Below, in pieces: positions 63,601 to 64,000 of a stretch of DNA of 64,000 nt. Every line of letters begins with the position of its first letter. The stretch's first letter is position 1. A program made the position numbers and the translations under genes. The stretch spans positions 100,603,971 through 100,667,970 of the forward strand of contig NC_085843.1 in the NCBI RefSeq assembly GCF_035594765.1, in the 5' to 3' direction. The notes beneath the pieces were generated by a model, which had not been told where the DNA came from, did not search any database, and was given only the letters and a program-made list of their open reading frames with translations. Source of the stretch: Anolis carolinensis (taxonomy: Eukaryota).

Positions 63601-64000
63601 ATAGACTAGTGTATAGAACTATTTAACTAAATGGCTCCATAACTTACATACTTACATTGTGTTGGCTCAATGGCTTAAACCCTTGTGCCGGCTGAACTGC
63701 TGACCTGAAGGTTGGGTTGCTGACATGAAGGTTGCCGGTTCGAATCCACAAGATGGGGTGAGCTCCCATCTGTCAGCTCTAGCTTGTGGGGATATGAAAG
63801 AAGCCTCCCAGCAGGATGGTAACACATCTGGGCATCCCCTGGGCAACGTCTTTGTAGATGGCCAATTCTCTCACACCAGAAGTGACTTGCGGTATGTTCT
63901 CAAGTTGCTTCTAACATGATGAAAAAAGAAACCAAAAACTCACATGCTATATCTTGTGATGTTTGCCATCTTTCCCTTATTTTTCCCTATTTTAATTGTT
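60670..64000 (+). repeat. Segmental duplication, copy 2 (continues beyond window)
   Basis: Matches 50725-52894; has extra segments missing from copy 1 and lacks the L2 insertion. Confidence 0.93.

Overview
Vertebrate genomic DNA, most likely from a squamate such as an Anolis lizard (inferred from the repeat content: Sauria-type SINEs, Penelope, BovB/RTE, L2, CR1, R4/Dong, hAT/Tigger MITEs). It carries the conserved amniote block OFD1(-) / TRAPPC2(+) / RAB9A(-) / TCEANC(-). OFD1 exons 2-8 (exon 8 partial) and the complete 140-codon TRAPPC2 CDS were rebuilt by hand from splice sites; TRAPPC2 includes a U12-type AT-AC intron. After TCEANC lies a claudin-34-like gene (-) between two copies of a direct segmental duplication with about 10-11 kb period, suggesting a lineage-specific tandem claudin array continuing past the window end. 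Other notable structure: (1) about 11 Penelope-borne minimal hammerhead ribozyme motifs, one intact just upstream of the RAB9A promoter; (2) a dead tandem copy of the RAB9A C-terminal coding region in the RAB9A intron; (3) a perfect 90-bp palindrome with 12-bp target-site duplication (TSD) beside an OFD1 splice donor; (4) inverted L2 repeats bracketing OFD1 exons 4-7; (5) Penelope insertions next to all three CpG-island promoters. Gene and family names come from recalled similarity, not database searches. One assembly gap (6648-6779).
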